Assembly: GCA_964367355.1 (NCBI GenBank)
Contig: CAYIWY010000006.1
Coordinates: 15,968-79,967 of the forward strand
DNA length: 64,000 bases
Direction: 5' to 3'
Source: an uncultured Gammaproteobacteria bacterium
Lineage (GTDB): Bacteria > Patescibacteriota > Microgenomatia > Woykebacterales > RBG-16-39-9b
The notes under the pieces were generated by a model, which saw only the letters and a list, made by a program, of their open reading frames with translations, made no database searches and had not been told where the DNA came from. Position 1 is the stretch's first letter, and each line of letters begins with the position of its first letter. Shown piece after piece: positions 19,733-29,725 of the stretch. The position numbers were made by a program, and so were the translations under genes.

Positions 19733-19936
19733 TTAGTTAGCTGGCTCTGTTGTCATAACAATCTGCCCCGGACAGTGGTCGCAGCGAAACTTTGCCTGCC
19801 GAAACAATTGTAGGGGAAGAGTTACCGGAACGAATTCGCATTTACACTGATCACAGTATGCAGAGAGAATACGAATTCGAGCTTCACTACTTTCGATTGG
19901 TTCTCCTCTTTCGTTTTCCGAATCAATGCTGTCCAA
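19733..19936 (-). CDS. Small Zn-ribbon-like orphan protein
   Basis: SD AAGGAGAG before TTG. CDQC...CDHC motifs. Downstream hairpin GAGGCGAAA/TTTCGCCTC. Confidence 0.55.
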   Translation of the reverse strand: MDSIDSENERGEPIESSEARIRILSAYCDQCKCEFVPVTLPLQLFRQAKFRCDHCPGQIVMTTEPAN

Positions 19937-20222
19937 TATGGACTCTCCTTTCTATCTCCTACCTCAGAAAACCTCGTTTGAGATTTCCTCAGGAAGAGAG
20001 GCGAGAGAGTGTTTGAAGTTCTCTCGCCTCTACTTCGGTTGTTGGTGCTACGGCCAAGGTTTCTCAGGAGCGAGAACAACGTAATCGTTCGCGTCCGGGT
20101 CGAGAAAGTCCCTGATCCCGCTGAAGCACTGTATGTCGTCGTAAAGGCCTTCGTCTGAACTCCAGCCAACTTACTTCACCTTTCTCCTGAACAAACAGGA
20201 ACTAAACAACCGAATTGGAAAT

Positions 20223-20251
20223 ATTTTAGCATAAATTAAGTTAAAAGTCAA
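20223..20251 (-). promoter_or_regulatory. Sigma70-type promoter
   Basis: TTGACT-17-TAAAAT with TG extension. TCTTATAGTA immediately upstream. Confidence 0.65.
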
Positions 20252-20370
20252 TACTATAAGATATATCTTGCGTTCTTTCGAACTTAGGACGCGCTCGTAA
20301 TTATTCGAATTCCGAACAAAAATCTACGATCGTGGAATTTTGTTCTACTTATAAACGCTTGGCTGAAAGC

Positions 20371-20427
20371 TGTCATCTCGAACCCTAGGTGAGAGATCTC
20401 TCCTTGTCAGAACTCGTCGAGATGACA
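20371..20427. repeat. REP-like palindromic element, copy 1
   Basis: TGTCATCTCGA...GTGAGAGATCTCTC...TCGAGATGACA with 11-bp terminal inverted repeats. Second copy at 51552-51607. Confidence 0.8.
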
Positions 20428-20495
20428 AAAAGATTCCGTGATAAATGACTTGGTAGTTTGACATCAGATTTAGATATAAGAGATACTGGAAACAC

Positions 20496-21326
20496 GTGCA
20501 GCGATTTTTTAGTTTGCTAAAAATCAACTCCGCTGCTGCCCTTATCCTCTCTGCCACATTTTTAGGACTTTTTGCCAAACCGGCTCGCGCTGACACGACT
20601 GGTTTTTTGAGCTTAATTAATTCCTACCGACAGCAAAACGGGGTTGGAACGCTGAGTGAAGATCAGAGTTTAACTAACTCTGCCTGCTGGTTGGCAGCAG
20701 ATTTGGATATCAACGGCTTTAGCCACACAGATTCATTGGGTCGGGATATGTCAAAAAGGCTAGCTGATTTTGGAGTTAATGTATTCGGTATCGGTGAGAA
20801 TATTTTCTATACCACTTCTGGTTCTTCTGCTAACTATGCGTTTGATGCTTGGAAAAATTCTCTTGGACACAATACCAATATGCTGGGTGGTTCCTATACT
20901 CGAATTGGTATTGGTAGGATCAATGTCTCTGGCCGCTGGTACTGGACCACTGACTTTGCTGGTGGGACAGCAAGTACATTAAATAGTCAATGTGGTTCGA
21001 CAACAAAACCTACTCCAACTCCACCGGTTGTGAAAAAAACAATTCCTACTCCAATCCCAGCGCCAATAGTAGTTCAAACTCCGCCAACCGAAGTTGTAGT
21101 CGCAACACCATCAGCCTTGGAACCAAATTTAGTTATAGCCACAAAATCAGCTTCAATTTCAGCTAAAGTTGTGAAGTTTGAAAATAATCAACCAAAAGAA
21201 CCTGCAATAAAAAGTTTGGTTAAAGGTTCATTCTTAACAATCAGTTTCGTGGGTTATTTAATTCTTTTTGGATTTATTATTTGGCAATTATTTCATCATT
21301 TCCGCTTGCCAATAACAGAACCTTAG
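20496..21326 (+). CDS. CAP (SCP-like) domain surface protein with Pro/Thr linker and C-terminal TM
   Basis: LINSYR, FSHTD, GENI, WKNSLGHNTNM, WTTDF. Confidence 0.88.
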   Translation: MQRFFSLLKINSAAALILSATFLGLFAKPARADTTGFLSLINSYRQQNGVGTLSEDQSLTNSACWLAADLDINGFSHTDSLGRDMSKRLADFGVNVFGIGENIFYTTSGSSANYAFDAWKNSLGHNTNMLGGSYTRIGIGRINVSGRWYWTTDFAGGTASTLNSQCGSTTKPTPTPPVVKKTIPTPIPAPIVVQTPPTEVVVATPSALEPNLVIATKSASISAKVVKFENNQPKEPAIKSLVKGSFLTISFVGYLILFGFIIWQLFHHFRLPITEP

Positions 21327-21566
21327 TAAGGAGTTAACTACCTGTATACGAGTATATTGGTGCTTTAATCTATTGATAAATTGAAACATAAAAATGAAAT
21401 GGAAAAAGAAAAACGACCTCTTTCGAAGTCGTATCTCTTCTTAAATTAACCTTTCTTAAGATTAACTTGAGTGAGGGGTGATCGAGCATTCGAGTTCAGA
21501 TTGAACAAGAATGTCGACGGAACCAATCGGTGTCTTTTTGAGACAGCGATCCCTCACCACTTTGTC

Positions 21567-21998
21567 TTACGACGAAGCGATGGGTTCCGGATTTTCCTGA
21601 TGCCAAAGGTCGGCGACCTCGGTGACGTACAGGCTGATGATTCGTGAAAGTTTCCTTTCAGCGTCTCGCCAGTCCAACACCTTGTCGTCGAACTTCACAC
21701 GGAGAGTCTGCGGATCGATGGTGACGTAGATGTCACGACCAACCCTCGTGTGCTCGCCGTACTCACTGCAGTCGAGGACGCGTCCGTCGTGAAACGAATT
21801 CGCCTTCGATGCGAGATCAACAAGCCCGATCCAAAGATCCAGCTCGGTGATTTGTTCCTGGCTTAGCACGACCACCTCCTTCGAACAGAGTACGAATTCA
21901 TTTGATTCACACTCTTTCTTAAGAAAACCAGCTTCCTGATTTGCTTGAGAGAGACTTCGGGTCGTGGCAAATGTTTTACATTCGCTCGCCGAAGTCAT
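21567..21998 (-). CDS. Hypothetical protein
   Basis: 143 aa GC-richer ORF downstream of a small acidic ORF. Start position uncertain. Confidence 0.6.
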   Translation of the reverse strand: MTSASECKTFATTRSLSQANQEAGFLKKECESNEFVLCSKEVVVLSQEQITELDLWIGLVDLASKANSFHDGRVLDCSEYGEHTRVGRDIYVTIDPQTLRVKFDDKVLDWRDAERKLSRIISLYVTEVADLWHQENPEPIASS

Positions 21999-22028
21999 GC
22001 TCTTCTATTCAGTTGTCCAGGATGGAAA

Positions 22029-22235
22029 CTAGGAGTACCGAGAGGAGGGTGTCCAGGGCTCGGGTTCGGGATCTTGCGGATAAAAACCCCCATCGTCCAC
22101 GTCCCGCGAATCTCCCGATGTGTCCTCCAAGTCGTCCTCGTCTTCCCTATGGCGTTCATCGTACTCAGCATAGGCGGCTTCCGCCTCTGCGTCGTACCAC
22201 TTCGCCAACATTGACCCTAACCATGCGACTAACAT
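22029..22235 (-). CDS. Small highly acidic protein
   Basis: SD AAGGAGGA before ATG. D/E-rich, 68 aa. Confidence 0.6.
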   Translation of the reverse strand: MLVAWLGSMLAKWYDAEAEAAYAEYDERHREDEDDLEDTSGDSRDVDDGGFYPQDPEPEPWTPSSRYS

Positions 22236-22239
22236 TTCG

Positions 22240-22470
22240 TCCTCCTTGGACTGAAATCTGAATTCAAAGAGCTGAAAGGGTGCAAACTTGAGGCTTGTAC
22301 CCTTCCTTAAGACAACCAGCTCAAGGCTGATCTGCTTAAGGTACTTAAAAAGGCATCTGGTAACTAGAGAGAATATTAGCTTCTTGGTTAGATTCCAAGT
22401 AGCAGGCTGAGTAGATTCAATCCAGTTACTAAATGCCTTGCAATTTCTTAGTAACTATATTTAATTGTTA
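22240..22470 (-). ncRNA. Putative structured leader RNA (unassigned)
   Basis: Three stem-loops between a strong promoter and the SD. G-U pairs favour the minus strand. Two loops are complementary. Confidence 0.5.
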
Positions 22471-22478
22471 ATACGTAT

Positions 22479-22507
22479 AGTATAGCATACTTTTACGTGT
22501 TTGTCAA
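22479..22507 (-). promoter_or_regulatory. Sigma70-type promoter
   Basis: TTGACA-17-TATACT with extended TG. Confidence 0.8.
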
Positions 22508-22524
22508 GTGCTATAGGTTAATGT

Positions 22525-23505
22525 CGTAATTACTCAATAGCTTTGCAACACTTTTAGACAAACAAAGTGGTAGGTGCCAGACTTAGGTTAGTTACAACAT
22601 TAAGAAAGGACACCTACCATGAATTACATTAGCAACCCTTATGCCCCTAAGGCAAGGAAGGAAGCAACTAATTGGGTGAAGAAAGGTTTGAATATTTCGG
22701 TTGTAGCCAGAATGTATGGGGTTAATAGAACGACTCTGTGGCGCTGGCTAAGAAAAGCTTCGAAACACTCTCGAGAGTTCATACCCACCTTACCCTCCCG
22801 ACCAAAATCTCATCCTAACCAAGTACAGGAGGAAACAATTAGAAGGTTAGTGGAACTGAGAGCCAAACTAGGCAGATGTGCACCGGTACTACACGCTCAC
22901 CTAAACTTAGAGGGGTATAAGATTAGCCTTTCTAGTGTTGGGAGAATACTGAAGAGAAAAGGCTTGACCAGAAAGAAGAAAAGAGCCAAATACTACGTTG
23001 CCTTGCCAAGACCACTTGCAGATTGTCCTGGAGCCTTGGTACAAGTGGATACCATTCACTTTGTTAAGACTAACGGCAGCCGGTTTTATGTGTACTCTTT
23101 GATAGATACCTACTCAAGGTTAGCTTACGCTGAGTACCACCCCAAGCTGAGACAGACAATAAGCCTTAAAGTTATTCAAAATGCCCAGAAGAGCTTTGGT
23201 TTTAAGTTTAGTACTGTGCAGACCGATAATGGACCAGAGTTTAAAGACTATCTGAATATAAGTTTAAGGAGAAATAAAGTCTTGCTGAGACACTCAAGAG
23301 TCAGGAAACCCAATGATAATGCTCATGTGGAGAGGTTTAATAGGACTATTCAGGAAGAGTGTTTTCAAGGCAGATTGCCTAACCAAAGAACCGCCTCTAG
23401 GCAAATAGAAGAATATTTAATATATTACAACCAAGAAAGACTACACCTAAGTCTGGGGCTGCAAACACCGACCCAATATGTTGCAAAGGTCCTGAACTAA
23501 TTACG
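22525..23505 (+). mobile_element. IS481-like insertion sequence
   Basis: Imperfect terminal inverted repeats CGTAATTA-CTCAATAGCTTTGCAACA / TGTTGCAAAGGTCCTGAAC-TAATTACG, flanked by a 5-bp direct repeat AATGT (22520-22524, 23506-23510). Confidence 0.85.
22619..23500 (+). CDS. DDE transposase (rve integrase core, IS481-like)
   Basis: N-terminal HTH, VQVD, QTDNGPEF, NAHVERFNRTIQEE, YNQERLHLSL. Confidence 0.92.
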   Translation: MNYISNPYAPKARKEATNWVKKGLNISVVARMYGVNRTTLWRWLRKASKHSREFIPTLPSRPKSHPNQVQEETIRRLVELRAKLGRCAPVLHAHLNLEGYKISLSSVGRILKRKGLTRKKKRAKYYVALPRPLADCPGALVQVDTIHFVKTNGSRFYVYSLIDTYSRLAYAEYHPKLRQTISLKVIQNAQKSFGFKFSTVQTDNGPEFKDYLNISLRRNKVLLRHSRVRKPNDNAHVERFNRTIQEECFQGRLPNQRTASRQIEEYLIYYNQERLHLSLGLQTPTQYVAKVLN

Positions 23506-23669
23506 AATGTCTGGCTCTGGTCGAGTATGTTGAAACTTTTTACCTAGCAACCAAAGTAGAAATAGAACGATCAGAGTTTAAAGGATGCGTTTAGGAGAAA
23601 GTAGCCTAGACTTTTACAACTATCTAGTTAACAATATAGAAAGTTATTTATAAATCAAGTCTCCAACGC

Positions 23670-24959
23670 TTATTGATTAGTCTTTTCGTGACTTATTTTC
23701 CTTGGCCATAGTAAGTTGCCATTGACGTCATAGATTGGCAAGCAGCTTGATAGATTTTTTTGATAAACATGCATCATTTGATAGGCAATTTCTTCTGCCC
23801 ATTTAGAATATTGTTCTGGAAACTTGCTTGGATTAATTTTTTCTATTGTTTGTAAATCGTTAGCAACCATATCTCTTTCCTCTTGGGTAAGCCAGCCGAT
23901 TTGGTCGCGCTGCTTTTTCATATCTTCTAAAAATCGCTGTTGTTTATCAAGATTATCTTGGTCGATGCCATCCCCGCCTTTATATAAAATGATCCCTCTA
24001 AAAAATCTCGGTGCTACACGGGGTCTTAAGATATAACCATATGATGGAGTCCCTTCTGCATCAGGTTGTTCCGCATATTCCAAACGATTTAGGGTTAACC
24101 GGGGATAAAGCCATTGTAAAAGCTCTTTCTCATGTTTATCTTCTTTATCATCATCACTATTTATTTCATCGTCGCCTGGGTCTATTAACCAACCGTTTTC
24201 GTCTTCTACATAATTATCTGGTTCACTATATTTTTTGGCTTCTCCCTCGTGTAGCCTAGCTACGTCAAAAATTATGATTAATCCGTCGTGAATATTTGAG
24301 CGGCCTCCTCTTAGGTAACTTGAATCGGCGATTTTTTTTATTCCCTGCTCACCAATTATGTTAAAGTAGACGAAGGTTTGTGAAGGATCTTCTTTCATTT
24401 CTTTTTTCCATTGTGCAATAACGTCTTGTTTATCGGTACTTTTATTAATGGTACGCCTGGGCCCGACTTCGCCATGTCCTAGCAATCCGGTTTCCAGAAC
24501 AGAGTCGAGTGTTTTGGAGATTGTTAGTTTCGTAAATGCAGTTCCAGGGGTATTGATATCTCTAACTTTCCCCATTACTTTTTCTAGATCAAGTTGCGGT
24601 AATTCTGCAAGTGGGCTTTGCTGTGAAATATCTTCTGTGTCGATGTTGGCTTCCGCCAACAGTTTAGTGTTTAATGCTACTTCTGATCTGTTTGCAACAA
24701 TATCAGAGGATTGTTCGGAATGAGTGGTTTCGGTATCCCTAACCACTGTTAGCTGATCTCTTAACGCGTCTATCCGAGCTTCATCTACTTGTCTTCTTTC
24801 TTCAATTTCTTCTGGAGTTACTCCTTTAGGTGGAGGTACCGACGCTGGAACTTGATCTACTTGAGGTTTTTCTTTTGATTCGTCTTTCTTGAGTGGATCG
24901 TCTGATCCTAATTTTTCGCCTGAAATTTCATCTGGAGTTGGAGTAAAATCTTCTGCCAT
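23670..24959 (-). CDS. Hypothetical protein with acidic disordered N-terminus
   Basis: About 429 aa ORF. TATAGT lies 6 nt before MAEDF. Confidence 0.8.
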   Translation of the reverse strand: MAEDFTPTPDEISGEKLGSDDPLKKDESKEKPQVDQVPASVPPPKGVTPEEIEERRQVDEARIDALRDQLTVVRDTETTHSEQSSDIVANRSEVALNTKLLAEANIDTEDISQQSPLAELPQLDLEKVMGKVRDINTPGTAFTKLTISKTLDSVLETGLLGHGEVGPRRTINKSTDKQDVIAQWKKEMKEDPSQTFVYFNIIGEQGIKKIADSSYLRGGRSNIHDGLIIIFDVARLHEGEAKKYSEPDNYVEDENGWLIDPGDDEINSDDDKEDKHEKELLQWLYPRLTLNRLEYAEQPDAEGTPSYGYILRPRVAPRFFRGIILYKGGDGIDQDNLDKQQRFLEDMKKQRDQIGWLTQEERDMVANDLQTIEKINPSKFPEQYSKWAEEIAYQMMHVYQKNLSSCLPIYDVNGNLLWPRKISHEKTNQ

Positions 24960-25136
24960 AAACAAACTATACAATTAACTACTGCACAAGAAAAGATTTG
25001 ATTGCTTTATCAGGAGAGTAATAAATGAGGCTAACAAAAATAGTGTCAGAACTTAAAAAGCACTATTATAACAAGGTGAGTTGTTAATTTTAACGATCAA
25101 ACAATTGGCTCGTTCTGGTCAAGTATGTTGGAACTA

Positions 25137-27269
25137 TTAGAGGGGTTTCATCTGGCCCCAGTTTTGGCCGATTTTGGATTCAATAATCACTGGTACATCG
25201 AGTTTGAAAGTCTTCTCCATGGTTTCTTTGATTATTGGATAAATTTTGTCAACTTCTTTATCGGGCGTTTCAAAAACCAGCTCATCGTGAACTTGGAGAA
25301 TCATTTTTGTTTGGTAATCTTTAAGTTGACTGTCGAGACGAATCATCGCCGCTTTGATAATGTCAGCTGCTGTTCCCTGGACTGGCGCGTTGATTGCCAT
25401 CCGCTCCCCGGCGGCACGAAGATGATGATTGCCTTGCTTAAGTTCAATTAAATAACGGCGAAACCCACCGAGAGTTTCGACATAACCTTTAGCGTAAGCA
25501 TCGGTTAAAGTATTTTCGAGCCAAATCTTGACTCCGGAAAATTCTTCAAAGTAGCGGTCGATGATTTGTTTGGCAGTATCGTGATCAATTTTAAGTTGTT
25601 TGGCCAAACCAAAGGGAGAAATTCCGTACATAATTCCAAAATTGACAACTTTGGCGATGCGCCGATCGTCTTTAGTTACGTCTTCTGGCTTTTTATCTAA
25701 AATTTCCGCGGCAGTGCGAGTGTGAATATCTTCACCTTTTTGAAAAATTTCTGTCAAGGCTTTGTCCCCTGAGAGATGGGCCATGACTCGAAGTTCAATT
25801 TGGTTGTAATCAGCGGAAATTAATTTACTTCCAGCTGGCGCAATAAAAGCATTGCGCACCTTGATTCCCCACTCACCTTTGACGGGAATATTTTGCAAAT
25901 TGGGATTGGTGGAAGAAAGTCGGCCGGTTTTCGTCGCATCGGTGTGATAACTGGTGTGCAAACGGTTGTTAATATCAAGCAACGGTGGCAAAGCGTCAAC
26001 ATAGGTTGATTTAAGTTTAAAAAGTTCGCGATAAGATAAGAGCATCTCAATTGCAGGATGGGCGCCGGTTAACTCGATCAAAGTTTGTTCGCCAGTGCTA
26101 GCGTGTTCCTTACCCTTCTTGAAAGGAGTCAATCCAAGTTCATCAAAAAGTACGACTGAAAGTTGTTTTGGCGAATTAAGGTTGAACTCGTGGCCGATAC
26201 TTTTATAAATGTCTTTTTCTAGACCAACTATTTTTTTATCAATTTCTTTAGCCAGTTTTTCTAAATAATTTTTATCAACTAAAACGCCGCAGTTCTCCAT
26301 TTCGCGCAAAACTTTATCAAGTTCGCCCCTTTCCTGTTTGACTGGTTCGATTTGTTCTTGGCTGCCGAAAAGTTCGGTTTGATCTTCATGAATCGTAATT
26401 TTTTTATCATTAAGTTCAACATTTGGCAAACGCTTGATCAGACTCTTAAATTCCAGTTCCTCAAAAAGGTTGATCGCCTTCTGGTGATCGTAATCTGAAA
26501 GAATACATTTATTCAAATCGAGTCGGATCGGTGCGGCCGTATCAATCGTCGCTAGTTCTTTACTCATTTTGGCACTTTCAGCATCTTCCGCCAGCTTTTT
26601 ACTAATTTTTTCTGGAATTTTATCAAGGTTTTTGTAAATTTCTTCCACACTTCCAAACTCTTGAATTAGTTTGGTTGCCGTCACTTCGCCGATACCAGAT
26701 ACCCCTGGGATATTGTCAGAAGCATCACCGACTAAAGCTTTAAAATCAATCAGTTGAATCGGTTTAAAGCCGTACTTCTCTTCAAATTTTTTGCCGTCAT
26801 AAATATGAATATCACTCAAGCTTTTGCCCGGCATGTACGTCTTTATGTGGGTGTTAACCAGTTGCAGAGCATCACGATCACCAGTGACAATATCAACTTC
26901 GAGATCAACAGCTTGACGAGCTAAGGTGCCAATAATGTCATCAGCCTCGTAACCTTCCAAAACAAAGATTGGAATATTAAGTGCGTCAACAACTTCTTTA
27001 ATTCGTGGAAGTTGCTGGTGCATTTCTTCCGGCGCGGCAATGCGATGGGCTTTGTAAGCCGTGTACTGGGTATGGCGGAAAGTCGGGGCTTTTGTATCAA
27101 AGGCAACAACGGCATACTCTGGCTTGATATCATTTAAAACTCGCAGCAGCATTGAGGTAAAACCAAAGACCGCGTTCACTAGTTCCCCTTTTGAAGTTGT
27201 CAACGGCGGCATAGCGTGAAAGGCCCGGTGAAAGAGCGCGTGCCCATCGACAAGGACTAGTTTAGACAT
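25137..27269 (-). CDS. polA: DNA polymerase I (5'-3' exonuclease plus polymerase, no 3'-5' exonuclease domain)
   Basis: LVDGH, EADDII, GDASDNIPGV, TGRLSS.NPNLQNIP, DYNQIELR, NFGIMYG, QVHDE. Confidence 0.96.
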   Translation of the reverse strand: MSKLVLVDGHALFHRAFHAMPPLTTSKGELVNAVFGFTSMLLRVLNDIKPEYAVVAFDTKAPTFRHTQYTAYKAHRIAAPEEMHQQLPRIKEVVDALNIPIFVLEGYEADDIIGTLARQAVDLEVDIVTGDRDALQLVNTHIKTYMPGKSLSDIHIYDGKKFEEKYGFKPIQLIDFKALVGDASDNIPGVSGIGEVTATKLIQEFGSVEEIYKNLDKIPEKISKKLAEDAESAKMSKELATIDTAAPIRLDLNKCILSDYDHQKAINLFEELEFKSLIKRLPNVELNDKKITIHEDQTELFGSQEQIEPVKQERGELDKVLREMENCGVLVDKNYLEKLAKEIDKKIVGLEKDIYKSIGHEFNLNSPKQLSVVLFDELGLTPFKKGKEHASTGEQTLIELTGAHPAIEMLLSYRELFKLKSTYVDALPPLLDINNRLHTSYHTDATKTGRLSSTNPNLQNIPVKGEWGIKVRNAFIAPAGSKLISADYNQIELRVMAHLSGDKALTEIFQKGEDIHTRTAAEILDKKPEDVTKDDRRIAKVVNFGIMYGISPFGLAKQLKIDHDTAKQIIDRYFEEFSGVKIWLENTLTDAYAKGYVETLGGFRRYLIELKQGNHHLRAAGERMAINAPVQGTAADIIKAAMIRLDSQLKDYQTKMILQVHDELVFETPDKEVDKIYPIIKETMEKTFKLDVPVIIESKIGQNWGQMKPL

Positions 27270-27375
27270 AACTCTTTCTATCAAAAAAGTTTTTTCTCAT
27301 TCGAGTGGAATTTTACCTTAGTTTGACTCTTTTTGTAAACGAAAGTAATATAATTTCACAGGAAAGGAGAATACC

Positions 27376-27798
27376 TTGGTAACTCGAACCTTCACTCGGC
27401 CAATTAAGGTTGTTACGGCTGTCATGGGCTTGGATGGTCATGATCGAGGTGTCAAAGTAGCCACCCACGCTTTTGGAGACGCGGGTATGGAGACTATTTA
27501 TTTAGGAATTCGCCAAACCGCAGTTCAGGTTGCTGAAGCAGTTTTGCAGGAAGACGCCGATATTGTCGGTTTGAGCGTTCACTCCGGTAATTTTGAGATC
27601 CTTAAGCGTCTCGTCAGGGAACTAAAAATTCGCGAGGTTAATCTCGATGAGGTGCTTCTTTTAGTTGGCGGTGTCATTCCGGAAAGAGAAATTGCCGAAC
27701 TGAAAAACGCAGGCTACAACTACGTTTTTGGCCCAGGGAGTTCAACTGGAGAAATGGTTCACGTTATTAAGGAGTGGGCAAAAACACACCCAAGATAA
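27376..27798 (+). CDS. Stand-alone cobalamin-binding domain (methylmalonyl-CoA mutase small-subunit-like)
   Basis: GLDGHDRG base-off motif, VGLS, VGGVIP, VFGPG. SD AAGGAG. Confidence 0.88.
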   Translation: MVTRTFTRPIKVVTAVMGLDGHDRGVKVATHAFGDAGMETIYLGIRQTAVQVAEAVLQEDADIVGLSVHSGNFEILKRLVRELKIREVNLDEVLLLVGGVIPEREIAELKNAGYNYVFGPGSSTGEMVHVIKEWAKTHPR

Positions 27799-27853
27799 TA
27801 CTCAAGTTACTGCTCAACCCTGAAATTTAGGAATCTAAAGGTGTTTCTTAATC

Positions 27854-29725
27854 TTAAGAAGCACCTTTTTCTTTTGGAGAAATTGATTCTTTAACTTGGT
27901 GTAGAGCTTCGCCTTTACTCATTAAGTCTTCAAATTCGTCACCTTCGAGGGTTTCTTTTTTGATTAGTTCTGATGCTACCAAGTCCAACTTTTCTTTGTT
28001 TTCACGAAGAATTTTCTTGGCTAGTTCAAATTGTCTATCCATTATTTTCTTAACTTCTTCGTCAACTTTTGCAGCTAACTCTTCTGACAAGGCTCGACCC
28101 TCCCCAATCTCTTTAGCAATCCAAGGATTTTCACCTTGAGTTCCCATCGTCATTGGTCCCAGTGGACTCATACCAAATTTGGTCACCATATTTCGAGCAA
28201 TACTAGTTGCTCTCTCAATATCACTGGAGGCCCCAACTGTAAAATCAGAAAACTCAATTTCTTCAGCCGCTCGACCTCCTAAAAGGGAAGCTATGATTTC
28301 CAAGAGTCTGGTCTTAGTTTCATTGTACCGATCAAATGCTGGTGGTATCAACGTGTGACCACCGGTTGCCCCACGAGAGATGATTGAGATTCGATGAACC
28401 GGATCGGTGTGGGGTAATACTTTAGTAACAACTGCATGTCCAGCTTCATGATAGGCAGTAATCCGCTTCTCTTCGTCGCTAGTCATTCGTTTTCTTTGGG
28501 GACCGAGTTGAACTTTTGTCGCTGCTTCTTCGAGCGCTTCATTGTCGATTGCTTTTTTGTTTACACGAGCAGCTAAAATAGCGGCTTCGTTTAACATATT
28601 GGCAAGATCGGCCCCAGAAAAACCAACTGTCCGACGGGCAATTTTATCAAGATCAACTTCAGTGGACATCGGCTTGCCTTTGGAATGAATATCAATAACT
28701 GCTCGGCGCCCGGTAATATCGGGTAAGTCCAAAGAAACCCTGCGGTCAAAACGGCCCGGCCGAACCAAAGCAGGGTCAAGCATATCGGGTCGGTTGGTTG
28801 CGGCCATAACAATCACGTTTGCATTGGCTTCAAAACCATCCATTTCCACCAAAATTTGGTTTAAGGTTTGCTCACGCTCGTCGTGTCCGCCGCCAATTCC
28901 CAAACCACGCTGTCTCCCGATGGAATCAATTTCATCAATAAAAATTATTGAAGGAGCAACTTTCTTGGCATTATCAAATAAATCCCGCACACGAGACGCC
29001 CCGACTCCAACCAACATCTCCATAAACTCGGATCCGGCAATTGAAACAAAAGGAACATTAGCTTCACCGGCAACTGCTCTAGCAAGTAATGTCTTTCCAA
29101 CTCCGGAAGGACCAACTAACAAAACTCCTTTGGGAATTTTTGCTCCCAATGCCCGAAACTTTTCTGGGGTCTTAAGAAACTGAACCACCTCTTCCAGTTC
29201 AATTTTAGCTTCATCGACACCAGCAACATCAGAAAACTTTACAACCGTTTTATCTTTGGTAAAGGTTTTAGCTCGGCTGCGGGAAAAAGATAACAAACTG
29301 TCACCTTGCCCTTTTGCCTGACGGAAAAAGAAATAAAAAATCCCGACCAGTAGTATTATTGGCAAAAACAGATTCAAAAGTCCGAAAATTGTCTTACTTG
29401 CGGAATTATCTTTTACAGTTACTGTTGTCCCTCCGGTTTTGATGTTGTTTTGGCTTAAAATCTCAAAAAAACTTTTACCTTCTTCTTTAGTTGCTTTTTG
29501 TTCTTTACCGTCGTTGAGTTTGACGTAGATCGTATCACCGTCAACTGTTACTTCTTTAGCTTTACCATCATTGATTGTTTTTAAAACTTCAGAAAGCGAT
29601 TTATTTTGACCACTATATTTTGGGGCTGAAAAACCAAAAACAAGAAACGCCGCGGCAAGAATTATCAATAGATAAAATCCTAATGATTTAAAAAAACTCT
29701 TTTGCTCCTTTTTTTGTGGTTTCAT
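27854..29725 (-). CDS. ftsH: ATP-dependent zinc metalloprotease FtsH
   Basis: Two TMs, [20 protein letters not shown]. Confidence 0.97.
   Translation of the reverse strand: MKPQKKEQKSFFKSLGFYLLIILAAAFLVFGFSAPKYSGQNKSLSEVLKTINDGKAKEVTVDGDTIYVKLNDGKEQKATKEEGKSFFEILSQNNIKTGGTTVTVKDNSASKTIFGLLNLFLPIILLVGIFYFFFRQAKGQGDSLLSFSRSRAKTFTKDKTVVKFSDVAGVDEAKIELEEVVQFLKTPEKFRALGAKIPKGVLLVGPSGVGKTLLARAVAGEANVPFVSIAGSEFMEMLVGVGASRVRDLFDNAKKVAPSIIFIDEIDSIGRQRGLGIGGGHDEREQTLNQILVEMDGFEANANVIVMAATNRPDMLDPALVRPGRFDRRVSLDLPDITGRRAVIDIHSKGKPMSTEVDLDKIARRTVGFSGADLANMLNEAAILAARVNKKAIDNEALEEAATKVQLGPQRKRMTSDEEKRITAYHEAGHAVVTKVLPHTDPVHRISIISRGATGGHTLIPPAFDRYNETKTRLLEIIASLLGGRAAEEIEFSDFTVGASSDIERATSIARNMVTKFGMSPLGPMTMGTQGENPWIAKEIGEGRALSEELAAKVDEEVKKIMDRQFELAKKILRENKEKLDLVASELIKKETLEGDEFEDLMSKGEALHQVKESISPKEKGAS

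Noticed and set aside
19822-20169. 115-aa minus-strand ORF
   Set aside because: Overlaps the better-supported 19733-19936 ORF and has low-information S/T/R composition. The region may be a leader or a decayed gene.
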